A stretch of 64,000 bases of DNA from NCBI GenBank assembly GCA_028534125.1, contig CM052816.1, positions 3,598,001-3,662,000 of the forward strand, written 5' to 3'. This document shows positions 1 through 13,030 of the stretch, piece by piece. The stretch is from Lama glama (taxonomy: Eukaryota). How positions within the stretch are numbered: the stretch's first letter is position 1; each line of letters begins with the position of its first letter. The notes below the pieces were generated by a model. It saw only the letters and a list, made by a program, of their open reading frames with translations. It was not told where the DNA came from and searched no databases. The position numbers were made by a program, and so were the translations under genes.

Positions 1-409
1 TCCAGGAGCATCCATGTTGCTGCAAATGGCGTTATGTTGTCAGTTTTTATGGCTGAGTAGTATTCCATTGTATAAATATACCACCTCTTCTTTATCCAGT
101 CATCCGTTGATGGACATTTAGGCTGTCTCCATGTGTTGGCTATTGTAAATAGTGCTGCTATGAACATTGGGGTGCAGGTGTCATTTTGAAGTAGGGTTCC
201 TTCTGGATATGTGCCCAGGAGAGGGATTCCTGGGTCCTATGGTAAGTCTATTCCTATTTTTTGAGGAATCTTCATACTGTTTTCCACAGTGGCTGCACCA
301 AACTGCTTTCCCACCAGCAGTGTAGGAGGGTTCCCCTTTCTCCACAGCCTCTCCGGCATTTGTCATTTGTAGATTTTTGAATGATGGCTATTCTGACTGG
401 TGTGAGGTG
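1..409 (-). mobile_element. LINE-1 fragment (ORF2 C-terminus/3' region), young camelid-type
   Basis: Classic L1 reverse-complement text (catccatgttgctgcaaatggc...gctattgtaaatagtgctgctatgaacattgggg...ctgactggtgtgaggt). ORF 181-366 has an L1-like [16 protein letters not shown] segment. Confidence 0.9.
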
Positions 410-658
410 GACAGTCTGTCTTATTATGAACCTCCTTATGCCAATAGATGGAATATCTGTCTATTAAAAGATTACATGTAATCTTTGATATAATTGCTGT
501 TACGGCTAGTGGCTTGTTACTTTTTTTTATTTGTTCCATATTTCCTTTGTCTCTTCTCTTGACTTTTGGATTAATCCTATGTGTTTTAATTATCCCAGAT
601 TAAGCTACCCGTGCCCTCCACCCCCTTTAATGGTTACTTTAGTAACCAGTTTGAACTT

Positions 659-856
659 TGGCTTCCTCGACCTTGGACCTGTTGACATTTGGGGCCAGAT
701 CCTTCCTTGTTGTGAGAGCTGTCCTGGGCACTGTAGGATGTTAGCAGCCTCCCTGGCTTTCTCCTGCTAAATGACAGTAGAAATGCCCGTGCGCCCCTCA
801 ACCAAAAGTGGCTCATGTCCCTTTGGAAGAAAATTAACACTGATAGAGAACCATTG
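659..856 (-). mobile_element. MER20 (hAT-Charlie DNA transposon)
   Basis: gttgacatttggggccagat...tgtcctgggcactgtaggatgttagcagc...gagaaccattg matches the recalled MER20 reverse complement. Confidence 0.8.
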
Positions 857-899
857 CTCTAGGAATTCCTGTACACATCTTCAGTTTATTACCCCAAGT

Positions 900-3800
900 T
901 ACCAAGGTAATTGAGTGAGTATTTTGCCACTCCATGAGCAAACACTTTGTAAGACTATCATCGCGTTTATTTTCTCTCCCGTTAATGCTGTTGGTGTCAT
1001 GTGTGTTATTTCTACATGTATTATGAACTTCTCAATGTATTGTTCTTACTGTGGGTTTTGATAGCCAGTAATTTTAACTGTTAAAAAAATATTTTTTTCA
1101 CTTATGGACATATATGACCTTTTCCGGGTTCTTCGTGCCTTCCTGCAGATCTGCGCTGACGCCATGTGTCATTTCAGCCTGAGAAGCGGGGGATGTATTG
1201 TACGTTTGTCTAAAACAGTCATTCCATAGGCTTTTTTGAATTTTAGATTTTTTTTCTTTGGGCACTTAAAGAAGTCAATTCTATTGTCTTTTATCTTCCA
1301 TTATTTTCTGATGAAAAGCTAGTTAAGCACTTTTATTCTTCTCCTGGATATAATCTACCTATTTTCTCCTTCCTTCCTTCCTTCTTCTTTTCTTTTCTCT
1401 TTTCTTTTCTTTCTCTCTCTCTTTCTTTCTTTCTTTTTTCTTTTCTTCCTTTCTTTCTTTCTTTCCTTATTTAAGAATTTATTTTATACCTGTGTTGCAT
1501 TTTTTCCCTTTATTTTTGGTTTATATCCAATTTGTGATGACCTGGATGAAATAATTGATATGTTTTTCTCTGCTATGTCCATTCTGCTTTTGGTCCAGTA
1601 AATAAATTCTTAATTTAATATATAGGTTTTTTTTTCTCCAGTTTTAGAATTTCCTCTTGGTTCTGTTGTAGAGATTTGATTTTTCTCTTAGAGTTCTCAT
1701 TCTTTTTATCCATTTTGTCTACATTTTCTTCTGATCTCTTTAATATATTTAAGTAGTCATTTTAAGGTCTTTGCTAATTCCAGTATCTGAGCCATTTAGA
1801 AATCTGCTTCTATAGACAGTTTTTTTTCCTCTCTTAATTAGGAGTCATATTGCTTCCCCACTTGTCTCATAACTTTTTATCACGTTCTAGAAATTGCATA
1901 ATGAAAAAACTGTAGCCCTGGAGTAAGTATTATCTTCTACAAGGGAGGGCATCCTTATAATCCAATCAGGATTAGCTCTAGTTGGGTTCTTTTCACCTGT
2001 CACATGTCTTTAGCGCCAACTCAGTCTGTCCTGTATGTGTAACTACAAGCCACTCCCTCTGGTAGGACTTTGTGATGTGAGCCCCGCAGACACAACATGC
2101 TCTCAGTGCTTTCCAGTGTAACTTCGTGCCCCTGCCACATGCTCAGCAGAAGCTCCATGGGGGGAAGTTGGCAGGCAAGAGCAAGCTCTCTGCACCTGGA
2201 GCTTCTAATGATTTCAGTCCATTCACGTCAGCCTTACAAGCTCTCCAGGCTTTTCTGTATCCCAGCAAACTTCCAGGTTCAGGTTTTCACTGGCCCCAGT
2301 GGAGAACCTGCAGAATAAAATTTGGCAACTGATCTCTGCTCACCTAGAAAGACCTTAGACTCCTCTGTAATTTAATTTTCTTGGATCACTTTGTGTCTGC
2401 AACTCTCCCATGTCTTAAAAATGATGAGGATGGGGAAGATCCAGTTATCTTTCTCGTTTATATGGTGGGAACAGTGGACCATTCAGACCTTCTCCATCCC
2501 ATCTGAAAGCTAAAGATCATTATTTAAAAAAATCTCTCTAAAATCTCTAATGATACCACTTTCCAAATCTTGAAATATTTTCTCTGTAATTAGTCTTGCT
2601 AGATGTTTATCAATTTTCTTAATCTTCTTCAAAAAGCAAAATTTCCTTTTTTTCTATTTGATTTTTTTCCCTACCCTTAATATTTCCTTCTTGCTTGCAT
2701 TTAATTTGCTGTTCTTTTTTCTGGCTTCTTAGATAATTAAGTATTTTTTTCAGTCTTTTTCCCCTAAAATGTGCATTTGATACTATAAATGTTTCTGTAA
2801 GCATTACTTCAGCTGTATTCTACAAATTCTCATATTTATCTTTTCAAAATCAGTTCAGGATATTTTCTACTTGCTTTGTTATCCTCTGACTTATGATTTA
2901 TTTAGAACTCTTGCTTCATTTATAGACATTTGAAGATTTTCTAGTTCTCTCTAGGTTACTGATTTCCAACTTAATTCTGCTGTGTTCAGAAGGCACATTC
3001 TTGCTTCATAGCTCATTTTGGTAAAGATATTACAGTTAAAAAGACTTATTCTGCAGTTCAGCGTGTTCTACATATGTGTGTATATATATAAATTATATAT
3101 ATATATATATATGAATTAGGTCAAGGAAGTTTATAGGGTTGTTCAAAAAAGATATCTAATTCTTTTTCTGTCTGTTCTATCAATGATGGAGAGATGTGAG
3201 TTCTTCTAAAGCTGTATGAATGTGTACTTTTATTTCTCCTTTTAGTTTGGTTAGTTTGTGATTTCTGTGTTTTGAGCCTATGTAATTAGATGTATACACA
3301 TGTATATTCCAGTCAAAGTTATCTTTCATTATTACAAGCTATATCTCTTTATCACGAATAATTCTTCTTTTCTTGAAATCTTATTAGTCTTATGTTAGTA
3401 TAGCTCTACCAGCTTTATTTTGATTAGTATTTGCGGGATGCATCTCCTCTTACTTTCTCTCATCTGGGTCTTATATTTTAGATGTCTCCTGGAAGCAACA
3501 TATGGTAGAGTTTTGTTCTTTATTCCCCAGTTTGATCATGCTTATGGTTTTATAAGATGTTTAGTCCATTTGTATTTAAATTAATTGCTGATATATTTGG
3601 GTTTAAGTCTGTTAGCTTACTATGTCCCACTGTGTCCCATTTTTTCCCCTCCTTTTTTCTGCTATCTTTGCCTTCTTTTGAATTAATAAAATATTTTTAC
3701 AGAATTCTTTTCCCTCGATTATCTTAACTGTGCATTCCTTTATTTCATTTTAGATTTTATCCTAAATCACAAAATGAATCTTTGCCTTATTCTAATACAA

Positions 3801-4550
3801 TTTTACTGTCATCATTTTTAGAGTAAACTAAAGCTTAAAAACTTTAACTCCGTTTACCATTCTCCCACTTTTTGTGTTATTGTCACGTATTAAAATTATA
3901 TACAAGTCATCTATGTGGATGTGTTTGTATGAAATTTAATCTCGCAAGATGCGTCTTGCTAAACAGTCAATATTCATTTTGATTTATTCATGCATTTATC
4001 CTTTCTGGTGCTTTTCATCTGTTTCTGCATTAGTGTTCTACTAGAAATCATCTTCCTTCTGCCTAAAAAGGTCTTTTAGTATTTCTTCAATGTCACTGCA
4101 TTAACGACAGGGCTAACTGACTGTGCTAAGTGACAGCTGTCTGTCTTTGAGGGTTATTTTCCCCCCTTAAATCCTGGCTTTGTTGGTAGCCTTGAGTAAT
4201 TTACTTTGGTCTTTCCAACCCAGTGAGAGTCACAGAACCTCTTGATTTGCCACTTTCTTGATTTGTTGGTGTCCTTTTCTCTAAAGATGGGCAGGGATGC
4301 TGCAGAGGGAAAAAAAAATGACAGGTTTGATGGTGTAAAGGAGGGAGATTCTCAATATGGTTTTTTTCTCTTCAGGAACTTATCTATTGAATCCTGGCTG
4401 CCTTAACTGTCTCTGATGAAGATCAAATGTTGGGGCTGTCCCCTTTTACTGTACCTAGCTTTTACGATTGTTCTTAATGGGAAGTTTAGTCTGACTCAGG
4501 TTTCTGATCACAGCTGGCAGCAGAACCCATATGTTCTTGTTAGTTTTTAA
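900..4550 (-). mobile_element. Highly decayed ancient L1 (L1M-class) fragments, with (CTTT)n at ~1370-1470 and (TA)n at ~3070-3112
   Basis: T-rich, L1-like phrases throughout; boundaries approximate. Confidence 0.5.
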
Positions 4551-4769
4551 TAAAACATGTCTAATACAGAAATGATCTCTCTTCACCCATGAGCTGACCT
4601 CTCAGATACTTTCCCACAGCCCCTTTTAAGGCCCACCGAGCCACTTGTCTCCAGATTAAATGGCTACAGTTCTTCAGCTCATGTGACATAATCTCCTGAC
4701 CCCTCACCGCTCTGGTTCACCAGTTATCTTTTATTTTATTTTTTAAATGGAGAGCACAGAATATGACTC

Positions 4770-4925
4770 TTGAATTGAGAGTCAGAAAGGTTACTTTTAA
4801 ATCCTGGATCTGTCTCATGTTAATTGCCTGACCATGAACAAGTTCATTGACTTAAGCCCTTGATCTGTCATTTGCAAGGGGGAGGCTATCACCCAGCCTG
4901 TGAGTCCTTTCGCATTAAGTGTCTG
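4770..4925 (+). mobile_element. MIR SINE fragment
   Basis: gagtcagaaagg...aatcctggatctgtc...tgaccatgaacaagttcattgac resembles the MIR core. Confidence 0.55.
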
Positions 4926-6470
4926 GATTATAGGAGGCGCACAGGGAAAGGTAGCTGCTGCAGTTGCTTTTGTATTTGTATCCTTGCTGTCTCCTTGGGA
5001 GGGTATATATTTAGGATTAACTCTTCGTGTTATTGTTACAAGTTTGCGGAAAGCTTTTGTGCATCTGTTCTTTATGTGTACCTGGTTTAGTTGTCCAGTT
5101 TCGTAAAAACTGTAGGATCCTCTTCAAATAAGGTGTAAATCTGAAGATATGTTCCCTCCTCCTTAGCGCCTCCTTCATCTTGACGAAACTGACACAAATG
5201 GGAGTGAGGACGTTTCTGAAAGAATTTAATGTAACTGCGGGAATGCCGTTTAAACAGTCGTGTTCTTCCCCCTTTCCAGTCCAGAATGATTTCACTTGGC
5301 TTTCCTTTATTTTACAACAGAAAATTAATAAATGTCTTGGATGCAATCTTAAGCCAAGGTCAGCAGCAGCTGCTGTGTACTTGTTTGAAACGCCCATTTT
5401 CTTCCACTCATCTCTGACCCTTCTGCATCCCGTTATCAGTGCCTGCATATTTTTGGTAACTGATTGTCATTACATGGTAAGGATGCTGCCTGCATGATTG
5501 GTCCTCAACCAGAGATGTCAGCCAGCTGAAACATACCAGGAGAAAACAGAGGACATTCCTGACTTGGGGTGGGGGTGGGGGAACGGAGCAGGGGAAATTT
5601 ACATGTGTTTGACATTAATATTCTTTTGAGTGGCTTTTGTCTCTGAAAATTCCCTGAACTGACTACCTCGAGCAGAAGAACAGAATCTAAATGCAAGGGA
5701 GAGAAGAAAGTCTGCTTTGAAGATGGAGAGTAGGGTAAAGACTTAGATGTTCCCTCTCTTTCAAGGCCTTTGCTGGCTATTGGAAAAGGACAGAACTGTA
5801 AAATTAACAAGGTCACCTTAACTTTAGTTCCTGATGTGCTGGGGAATAATTGTATAAAACCACAGCACATCTGTAGCCTTGGTGTACCAGTGCTCCCTCA
5901 TAGCCTCTTGCTAGCTCTCCTTTGTGCCAGGGAGTGCCAGCACAGATGGGGTTTTGCATTATTGATCACATATAAAGGGAATGTCTTGGAGAAATGTCAC
6001 TTGTGTATGGGGGTCTCTGTGCTGCAACAATAGAGGATCCTTTGCATGCTGAGCGCATGGTCTCAAATGGTGGAATTTCACATGAAGCCCGTCTAAGTCC
6101 AGGTGTTTAAACCCCTGTCGTAACGCTGGTGCCCTGACCTCAACCTTTTTTTCACTTTATAACAAGTACAGAGCCTGTCCACTGGTGCGTGCTCGGGGGA
6201 GTGAGACAAGCAGAAGCTTACTCTGTAATACAGTGTTGGCAGAAGAGGGTGATGCTTTTACGTTACTACGTTGCACACAACTTTGAATACTAGAAGTTGT
6301 CTCTGGGCATGAAACCATTGATACGTTCTTCCATTATCTAAGACCCTCAGTACGTGAGACACCTAAGAAGGCAGTACCTGGATTGATGCTGTTTATATTG
6401 TTAGAGGAGTTTGGTTTTAATTTTTTTAAGTAGCCACAACTTTTTCCAAATACGTTTTCCTTGGGAGCCC

Positions 6471-6561
6471 AATATATAAAAGATATATATATATATATAA
6501 AAATATATATATATAAAAGATATATATATATATAAAAGATATATATATATATATATATATT
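6471..6561. repeat. Compound (TA)n microsatellite punctuated by AAAAG
   Basis: Directly visible. Confidence 0.9.
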
Positions 6562-7299
6562 TCAGAGATTCTGGTTGATGCAAGATGATAATTCAAAATC
6601 CTGTCCTCTTACCTTCCCTTCACTCTCATGAGGTCCCTGATGCATCTCACTGGTACCCCATGGACTCTGGCTCCAGGAAACGGTTTCCAAAACAGTGGTC
6701 TAAGGGAGCCAATGACCCATTTGCACTATCAGGAGGATTTCACTGCCTAGACCTGACCTCTAGAGGCCAGTGTAAGTACTGCCATCACTGGGGGAAGCAG
6801 GCTTTTCCTGTTGTCTTTCTTTTCACAAAAAAAAAAAATTTTTTTTTTTTTTTTCAGAAACATTTGACAGGTTTTGATGTTTACTATTTCCCTTCAACAT
6901 ACAGCCCTGGAGCATTTTCAGAGTCTGAAGGAGGTCGCCAGGGGTCATGTGGATGTTTTTCTCCTTTCTCATCTCCCCAGGCGGCTTAGTGTGACTGCTC
7001 CCCCCTTCCGTCCCCCAACCTGTGCAGGCATCACTACAGGGCACACTTGGCCTCGTGGGAATTTCCGTGAATTTTAATCTGGGTCTCATGTGGCACAGAA
7101 GAGAGAGCGGACTAGTATAAAGGCTGTGTTTACAAAGGGAAGGGGGAATCTTTGTCTCCAGCTTATGGAGTCTGTGACGTATGAGTGGATGACTAAGACC
7201 GATGAGGACCCTCCCTGAAGGACCACAAAATTACGTATGTGCGTGGAGTTTCAGACTGATCCTCAGATGTGGGCCTGATGAAAACTACTCAGGATCTTT

Positions 7300-8260
7300 A
7301 AAGTATGAAATGACTGACTCAGACAGTGGCTTAAAGAAAGGAAATTTATTTATGTATATATTAATTTTTTAAGGTGGTCTGTGTTTTAATTCCAAGTAGA
7401 GTCAGTTACAGTGTATCAGTTTCTGGTGTACAGCATAATGTCCCAGTCATGCGTATATACACATATAATCATTTTCCTATCATTTTTCATGAAAGGTTAT
7501 AAGATATTGAATATAGTTCCCTGTGCTACACAGAAGAAATTTGTTTCTTATCTATGTGTATATAGTGAGTAACTTTTGCATATCTCAAAATCCCAAATTT
7601 ATCCCTTTCCACCCCCTTTCCCTGGTAACCATAAGATTGTTTACTATGTCTGGGAGTCTGTTTCTTTTGTAGATGAGTTCATTAGAGAGTTAGTGTCCTC
7701 TTTTTTCTTTTTCTTTCTTTCTCTCTCTTTCTTTTTTTTAATTCCACATATGAATATCATATGGTATTTTTCTTTCTGTTTCTGGCTTACTTCACTTAGA
7801 ATGATGATCTCCAGGTCCATCCATGTTGCTGCAAATGGCATTGTTTTATTCTTTTGTATTGCTGAGTCGTATTCCATTGTATAAATATACCACAACTTTA
7901 AAGAAAAGAAATTTATTGGTTCACACAGCTGAAAAGACTGGGAGTAGGATCAACTTCAAGGTTCACCTAGAGCCGTCCAGTTTCTGTCATCTTGCTTTCT
8001 GGGTGATACTCCTCTGTCTGAGCTAGCCCCAGTTTTCCCCTTCTGCAGGTTGAATTCATCCAGACAGCAGATGTAGGGCAAGGTATGGGGAAGCGACATT
8101 GCTGCGACAGTTTCAGGCTTAAACCAACTCGATTTTGTGCCCCTGAAGTAAGACAGTTTCTTTCCCCAGCATCAGATGACAAAATCCTGGGGAAGGGTTC
8201 TCTTGGCTAGTTTGGGTCACATGCCCACCTCTGGGCCAGTCAGTGGCCAGGGAGCATGAA
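7300..8260 (-). mobile_element. MLT1J/K-like MaLR LTR interrupted by an L1
   Basis: ggcttaaagaaaggaaatttatt|ggttcacacagctgaaaag... and tttgggtcacatgcccacctctgggccagtcagtggccaggg resemble the recalled MLT1J/K sequence. Confidence 0.6.
7351..7897 (-). mobile_element. 5'-truncated L1 3' end with 20-bp TSD
   Basis: L1 3' text; ORF 7644-7895 (MEYDSAIQKNKTMPFAATWMDLEIIILSEVSQ) is the L1 ORF2 tail. TSD at 7331-7350 and 7898-7917. Confidence 0.9.
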
Positions 8261-8582
8261 GATAGTATTTTTAACCTTGTATCCCTATCAGAATATTCTG
8301 ATTTACCTAATTTCCCTCAATTTCCTCAGGATTTGGGTCAGATGAGTCTATTCTGGCTGTCATCTAAAAGTGACACTTGACTCTGTCACTCCTTTGAAAT
8401 AATACTTGTATTTTCATGCAGCCCTCCAGAGCCTTCCCCCAAAGATTTTGGCAGTTAAGACACAGTGGCCACTAGACACTGATGTGGTTTGATCAGGAAG
8501 AATGAGAAGCGGAAATCAAAGCAAAGCCAAAGAAGAAATCTGAGTGAGGTGAAACAGTAAGGCTAGTCTTTCCTGAGGAACC

Positions 8583-8748
8583 TAGAAATGGCAGATACTT
8601 AACATGCAGACCACCACTGCCCTTCCTGTGTGCTTGGCAGACATCAGTAATCAATCATCGTGCTATGTCTGCTAAGCCCAGACATGGCCTCAGAATCTCT
8701 TGAAAGGAGCCCTCTACATGCAAAAAATAAGCTCGTTTAGCATCCTTG
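8583..8748 (-). mobile_element. MER102-like hAT-Charlie fragment
   Basis: ggcagacatcagtaatcaatca...aagcccagacatggcctcagaatc matches the recalled MER102. Confidence 0.65.
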
Positions 8749-9329
8749 GCATAACGAAAAATTCTCCAATCTTTATCACATTCTCTTGTTCTTCTCCAAC
8801 ATTCAGAGCCTTAGAGTTAGAGGTATCTCGAAAGTTCTAAAATTATGAGAATTGAAATTTCTTAGTAGGGTCTGTGTGTTGGAATCACATGATACTGCTC
8901 TTGTTTGTCTCATTTAAAAGAATGAGGCAATTGACTAATGGGAAAGACTGAGGATAACGAGGCAATGAAGAAGCGTAGGTATGTTTCACTTCCTTTGGTG
9001 CTCTTCTAAAATCCATCCTTCCAGTGCTGTTACTGGGCGCCTGGCAAATTCTTACTGAAGTTAAGAAAGAAGCCATCTGCCTCTCACTCAGCTTACTGTC
9101 CATGGTAACGTGACTCTGCTAGACTCTGTCTACAGCAGTATAACTTTACTCTTTCAGAAAATGCGTGCTCAAGAAAACAAATATTGCAAACAACTTCATC
9201 GTGCAATCTGAAGAGTCATCAAGTCTCCAATAGAAAAAAAAGAGAAAACAAGTTTACATCCTAAGACTTTTTGAACACGTCCCTCAAAACTCTCACAGTA
9301 GTTTCCACGAATTCCAAACTACTATGTCA

Positions 9330-9535
9330 GGATTCTTACCCAATCCTAACCAAGTTCCCTGCACTTAAAGACGTGTTTCTAAGTAGACTTTAAGTACCAT
9401 AAATGCCCCCCATTTGCCCTTCCCCATTGGTGAGGGTAGGAAGACTCTTTCAAGGTCGTGGTCTCCCTTCCCACAAAAACAAGAGATTCAGCTTTGTCCT
9501 AGGTTGTTTGGGTGTTCCTTTGGGTGAGCTAGTAT
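9330..9535 (+). mobile_element. Possible ERV LTR 3' fragment
   Basis: ccaatcctaacc...caaggtcgtggtctcccttc...ttcagctttgtc resembles an LTR R/U5 region; family not identified. Confidence 0.3.
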
Positions 9536-9589
9536 GACAATGTCAACAGCTCCTGAGCTATAAATGTAAGTTCACGTGAATGCAGGTGA

Positions 9590-10030
9590 CACTTACTGGG
9601 CAACTTCTATGTGTAAAGCACCTATAATTTCAGGAGCTTCAAAGATAAGCAAGGCATATCTCCTGTTTTCTAAATTCTCAAACTAGTGGAGGCATACAGG
9701 GCATATGGGCACCATAATAAAGTAGTGTTATCAGGTGGTTTTGAGAGAAAAAGTGAATTCCAACTAGCATATCTCAGAAGTCTTCTTGAAGATGGTCTGT
9801 TTGCATTTTCACCCTGAAATGAGGCTAATAGGTCAAAATGGGAAGGGAGGTGGGGGGCGAGCATTCTAGACTGAGGCGATAGGAGCCACAGACAAAGAAG
9901 TGGTAAAGGTGAGAGTGTGTCCCCAGAACTCAAGGAGACACGAGGGATGGTGTGAATAGAGAGAAACGAGGCTGGAAGGTTGGAAACAGATCAAAGCATC
10001 CTAGACTTGCCACGCCAGAAAGGAGTTCCA
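9590..10030 (-). mobile_element. L2 LINE fragment
   Basis: Purine-rich L2-like phrases (agcattctagactgagg, gaagtcttcttgaaga). Confidence 0.55.
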
Positions 10031-10119
10031 GACGTGATGCTGTGTGCAGAGAGGTTTTCGAGCTAACTCTGCTTTCTCTCTCTCCCACCTCTCCCTGCAT
10101 CTCTGTCCCTCAGGTTCTC

Positions 10120-10619
10120 NNNNNNNNNNNNNNNNNNNNNNNNNNNNNNNNNNNNNNNNNNNNNNNNNNNNNNNNNNNNNNNNNNNNNNNNNNNNNNNNN
10201 NNNNNNNNNNNNNNNNNNNNNNNNNNNNNNNNNNNNNNNNNNNNNNNNNNNNNNNNNNNNNNNNNNNNNNNNNNNNNNNNNNNNNNNNNNNNNNNNNNNN
10301 NNNNNNNNNNNNNNNNNNNNNNNNNNNNNNNNNNNNNNNNNNNNNNNNNNNNNNNNNNNNNNNNNNNNNNNNNNNNNNNNNNNNNNNNNNNNNNNNNNNN
10401 NNNNNNNNNNNNNNNNNNNNNNNNNNNNNNNNNNNNNNNNNNNNNNNNNNNNNNNNNNNNNNNNNNNNNNNNNNNNNNNNNNNNNNNNNNNNNNNNNNNN
10501 NNNNNNNNNNNNNNNNNNNNNNNNNNNNNNNNNNNNNNNNNNNNNNNNNNNNNNNNNNNNNNNNNNNNNNNNNNNNNNNNNNNNNNNNNNNNNNNNNNNN
10601 NNNNNNNNNNNNNNNNNNN
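10120..10619. other. Assembly gap (500 N)
   Basis: N run. Confidence 1.
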
Positions 10620-12874
10620 ATCCCTTGTTCTTGCCCCTTTCCTCCCCTTCTCCCGACTCCCTACAACCTCTCCTTTCCAGCCCCTTCCTTTCCCTCTGAT
10701 GGAGTCTTCTCTTCTCTCTCTCTTCTCTGCGGCTCACATCCTCGTGTTCCCTTCGTGTTCTCCAGCACACCTCTCTCTCCCTCTCTCCTCTGCAGCTGCT
10801 CTTGTTCCTGCCTTTCCCCTTACTCTCTGGCCACCCCACTGCTACTGGATGTTTTACCCCCTGCTGACCCCGTCGCCTTGCTTTTTGCTTGAGACCCTCC
10901 GTCCTGCCTCTCTTGCCCTCACTCCCCTTCTATGCATGTATTATCATTATTATTTCGGGGGGGCAGCAGCTAGTCTTTCTCTGCGTGGCTAGGAAGGTGG
11001 CACCCCATTTCCAGACACATGACCCAAAGACAAGACCTCTTTTTTTCCCCGTTCAACTCCAACTGGAACGGTCCCACAGAAGGGCTCCGGCTGGCCAGCG
11101 CTGGGTTGCGTGGCTACCCCGGGGCAGGTCGTAGCGGCCGGGGCGTGGGCACGGCCAGAGGCAAGGCTTCCTTCCCGCGCACAGCCCGGGGCCAGGGGAG
11201 GGCTCGCGCCGGGCAGGGCAGAACCAGCGCGTGTCCACTGTGTGTGAGTATTTGTTCCATGTTCCGTGTTCCATGTGGGGAAACAGAGACCCATGGTGTT
11301 AAATGAGCCTCCTGGTCACAGCCACCCCAATCTGAACTGACTTCAAACCGATTTCTAAATCTCTGCATGGTGCCTTCATTCTCTTATTAATTTTAGATTA
11401 AGTGTTTGCTCCAGTCTCTGTTGCAAATAGAACCGGTCAGTTTGGAAAGCCTCTGAACTGTCGAAGCAGCTTTGGGCTGCAAACCACCACCACCACCCCT
11501 GCCACGCCGCTCTTGCCTCCACTTCCTTCCTTCCTTTCTCTCCTCCTGTTACGTTCCTAAGAGAACAGCACAGAGGGACCGCAATGCTCGCCTAGTTAGA
11601 TCCTGCAGTTGACGTTTTCTTCTTCTAGAAAATAGCGTGCTAACATTTCTAAGTGCTGAATTTTTTAATACCAAAATATCCACCTGTCAGGATGCCAAAG
11701 TCTAGCTGGGAAGCTCAGTGAGTGTTTCTATGAAGATCAGGTTCTCTTTACCAGAGTAGAGAGGGATGCCCCAGGCTCTGCATCCTAATGCCTGGGTAAA
11801 TACAACCTGTTCTATTTTTTTTTTAAATCAAGATTAAAACTTTAAGCAGACACAGCATGTGTCAAAACAGAAGAGAAGATACCAGTTAACATCCAAGACA
11901 GAGAGAAAAGTGCCTTTGGTAAAAATGTAATTTCTTTTTACTTTAGAGAAGAGGTATATTGCTTTTCTCCATTTTAATATGTCTTTAATGGATTTATTTC
12001 TAAATGTAAAAAGAGTACCTGCACATTTGAAAAAGTCTGGGAAAGTATTTAACAGTGAATTAGAAGGAAAAAAACCACTAAGAGCTTGAGGGATCTTTCT
12101 AGCCTTTTCTTCCTATTAATGTGTTTACTTGGTTCATAATATCCTATGGCTTTAATTTCGCATCGTATGTTTTTCAGCTAATTTTACGTCTAAAATTGTA
12201 AAAATTGCTACTGTTTCATGTCATTCACATTCTTAAGAAATCTGTTTTTTTTAAAATTATTATGTAGAATATTGTAGTGTGGTTGAACCATGATAATTTA
12301 TTATTTCCCTGACGCTGGATCTTGGTGTGGTTTCTAGCTTTCTCTCAGTGACGAGCTGCCATGAATACGTTTAGGACTAAATCTGGTGCCTCTTCTCTTT
12401 GAGTTACTGTTTATTTCCCATTTTTTTTGATAGGCACAGAGTCCATGATACAATTCCATAAGGAATAGCTTAAAGATGTTCTTTACATCAATCCAGTTCC
12501 AACTCTGAGGCCATGTTCCTCTGATGCTGACATAATCAGGGAACTGGAAAATCAAGACATTGCTAACGCAGAGGAACTTTGTTTAAAAAAATGGAAAACT
12601 TCAATGGAAGATTTCAAACTTTTCTCTAAAGGTTAGAGGCGTGTGTAACAAATACTCAGCCAGATATGCCAAACCTTAACTTTTTGTTCTATTTTCTTTA
12701 GCTCTTTGATTTATTCATTTATTTGTTTAAGAAACTAAATCATAGAAATACAGTTTGAGCTCATTTTTACCCACCCCCCTGACCAGAAGTAAGCATGGTC
12801 CTAAAGGTCGTGAGTGTCCTTTCTAGCCAACTGTTCATATTTTTTATGCTTTTATTTTTCTGTTTATTTAGTTA

Positions 12875-13030
12875 TCATTTTAACACCTTTATGGGGATAT
12901 GGTTCCTGTACAGTACAGTAAACTATACATATTTCAGATGTACAATCTGGTGAATTTTGATAGATGTACACCCATGGAACCACCACCACCACAGTGAAGA
13001 TAGCTAACATTTCCATCACTCCCTGAGAGG
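12875..13030 (-). mobile_element. L1MB/MC-type 3' end fragment
   Basis: tgtacaatctggtgaattttgatagatgtacacccatggaaccaccacc...aacatttccatcactcc. Confidence 0.65.

Noticed and set aside
5017..5497. Overlapping 143-aa and 105-aa ORFs
   Set aside because: No recognisable protein features; lengths are compatible with chance.
9952..10992. Long ORFs here and at 44729-45480 and 50814-51102
   Set aside because: They are artefacts of N gaps translated as X.
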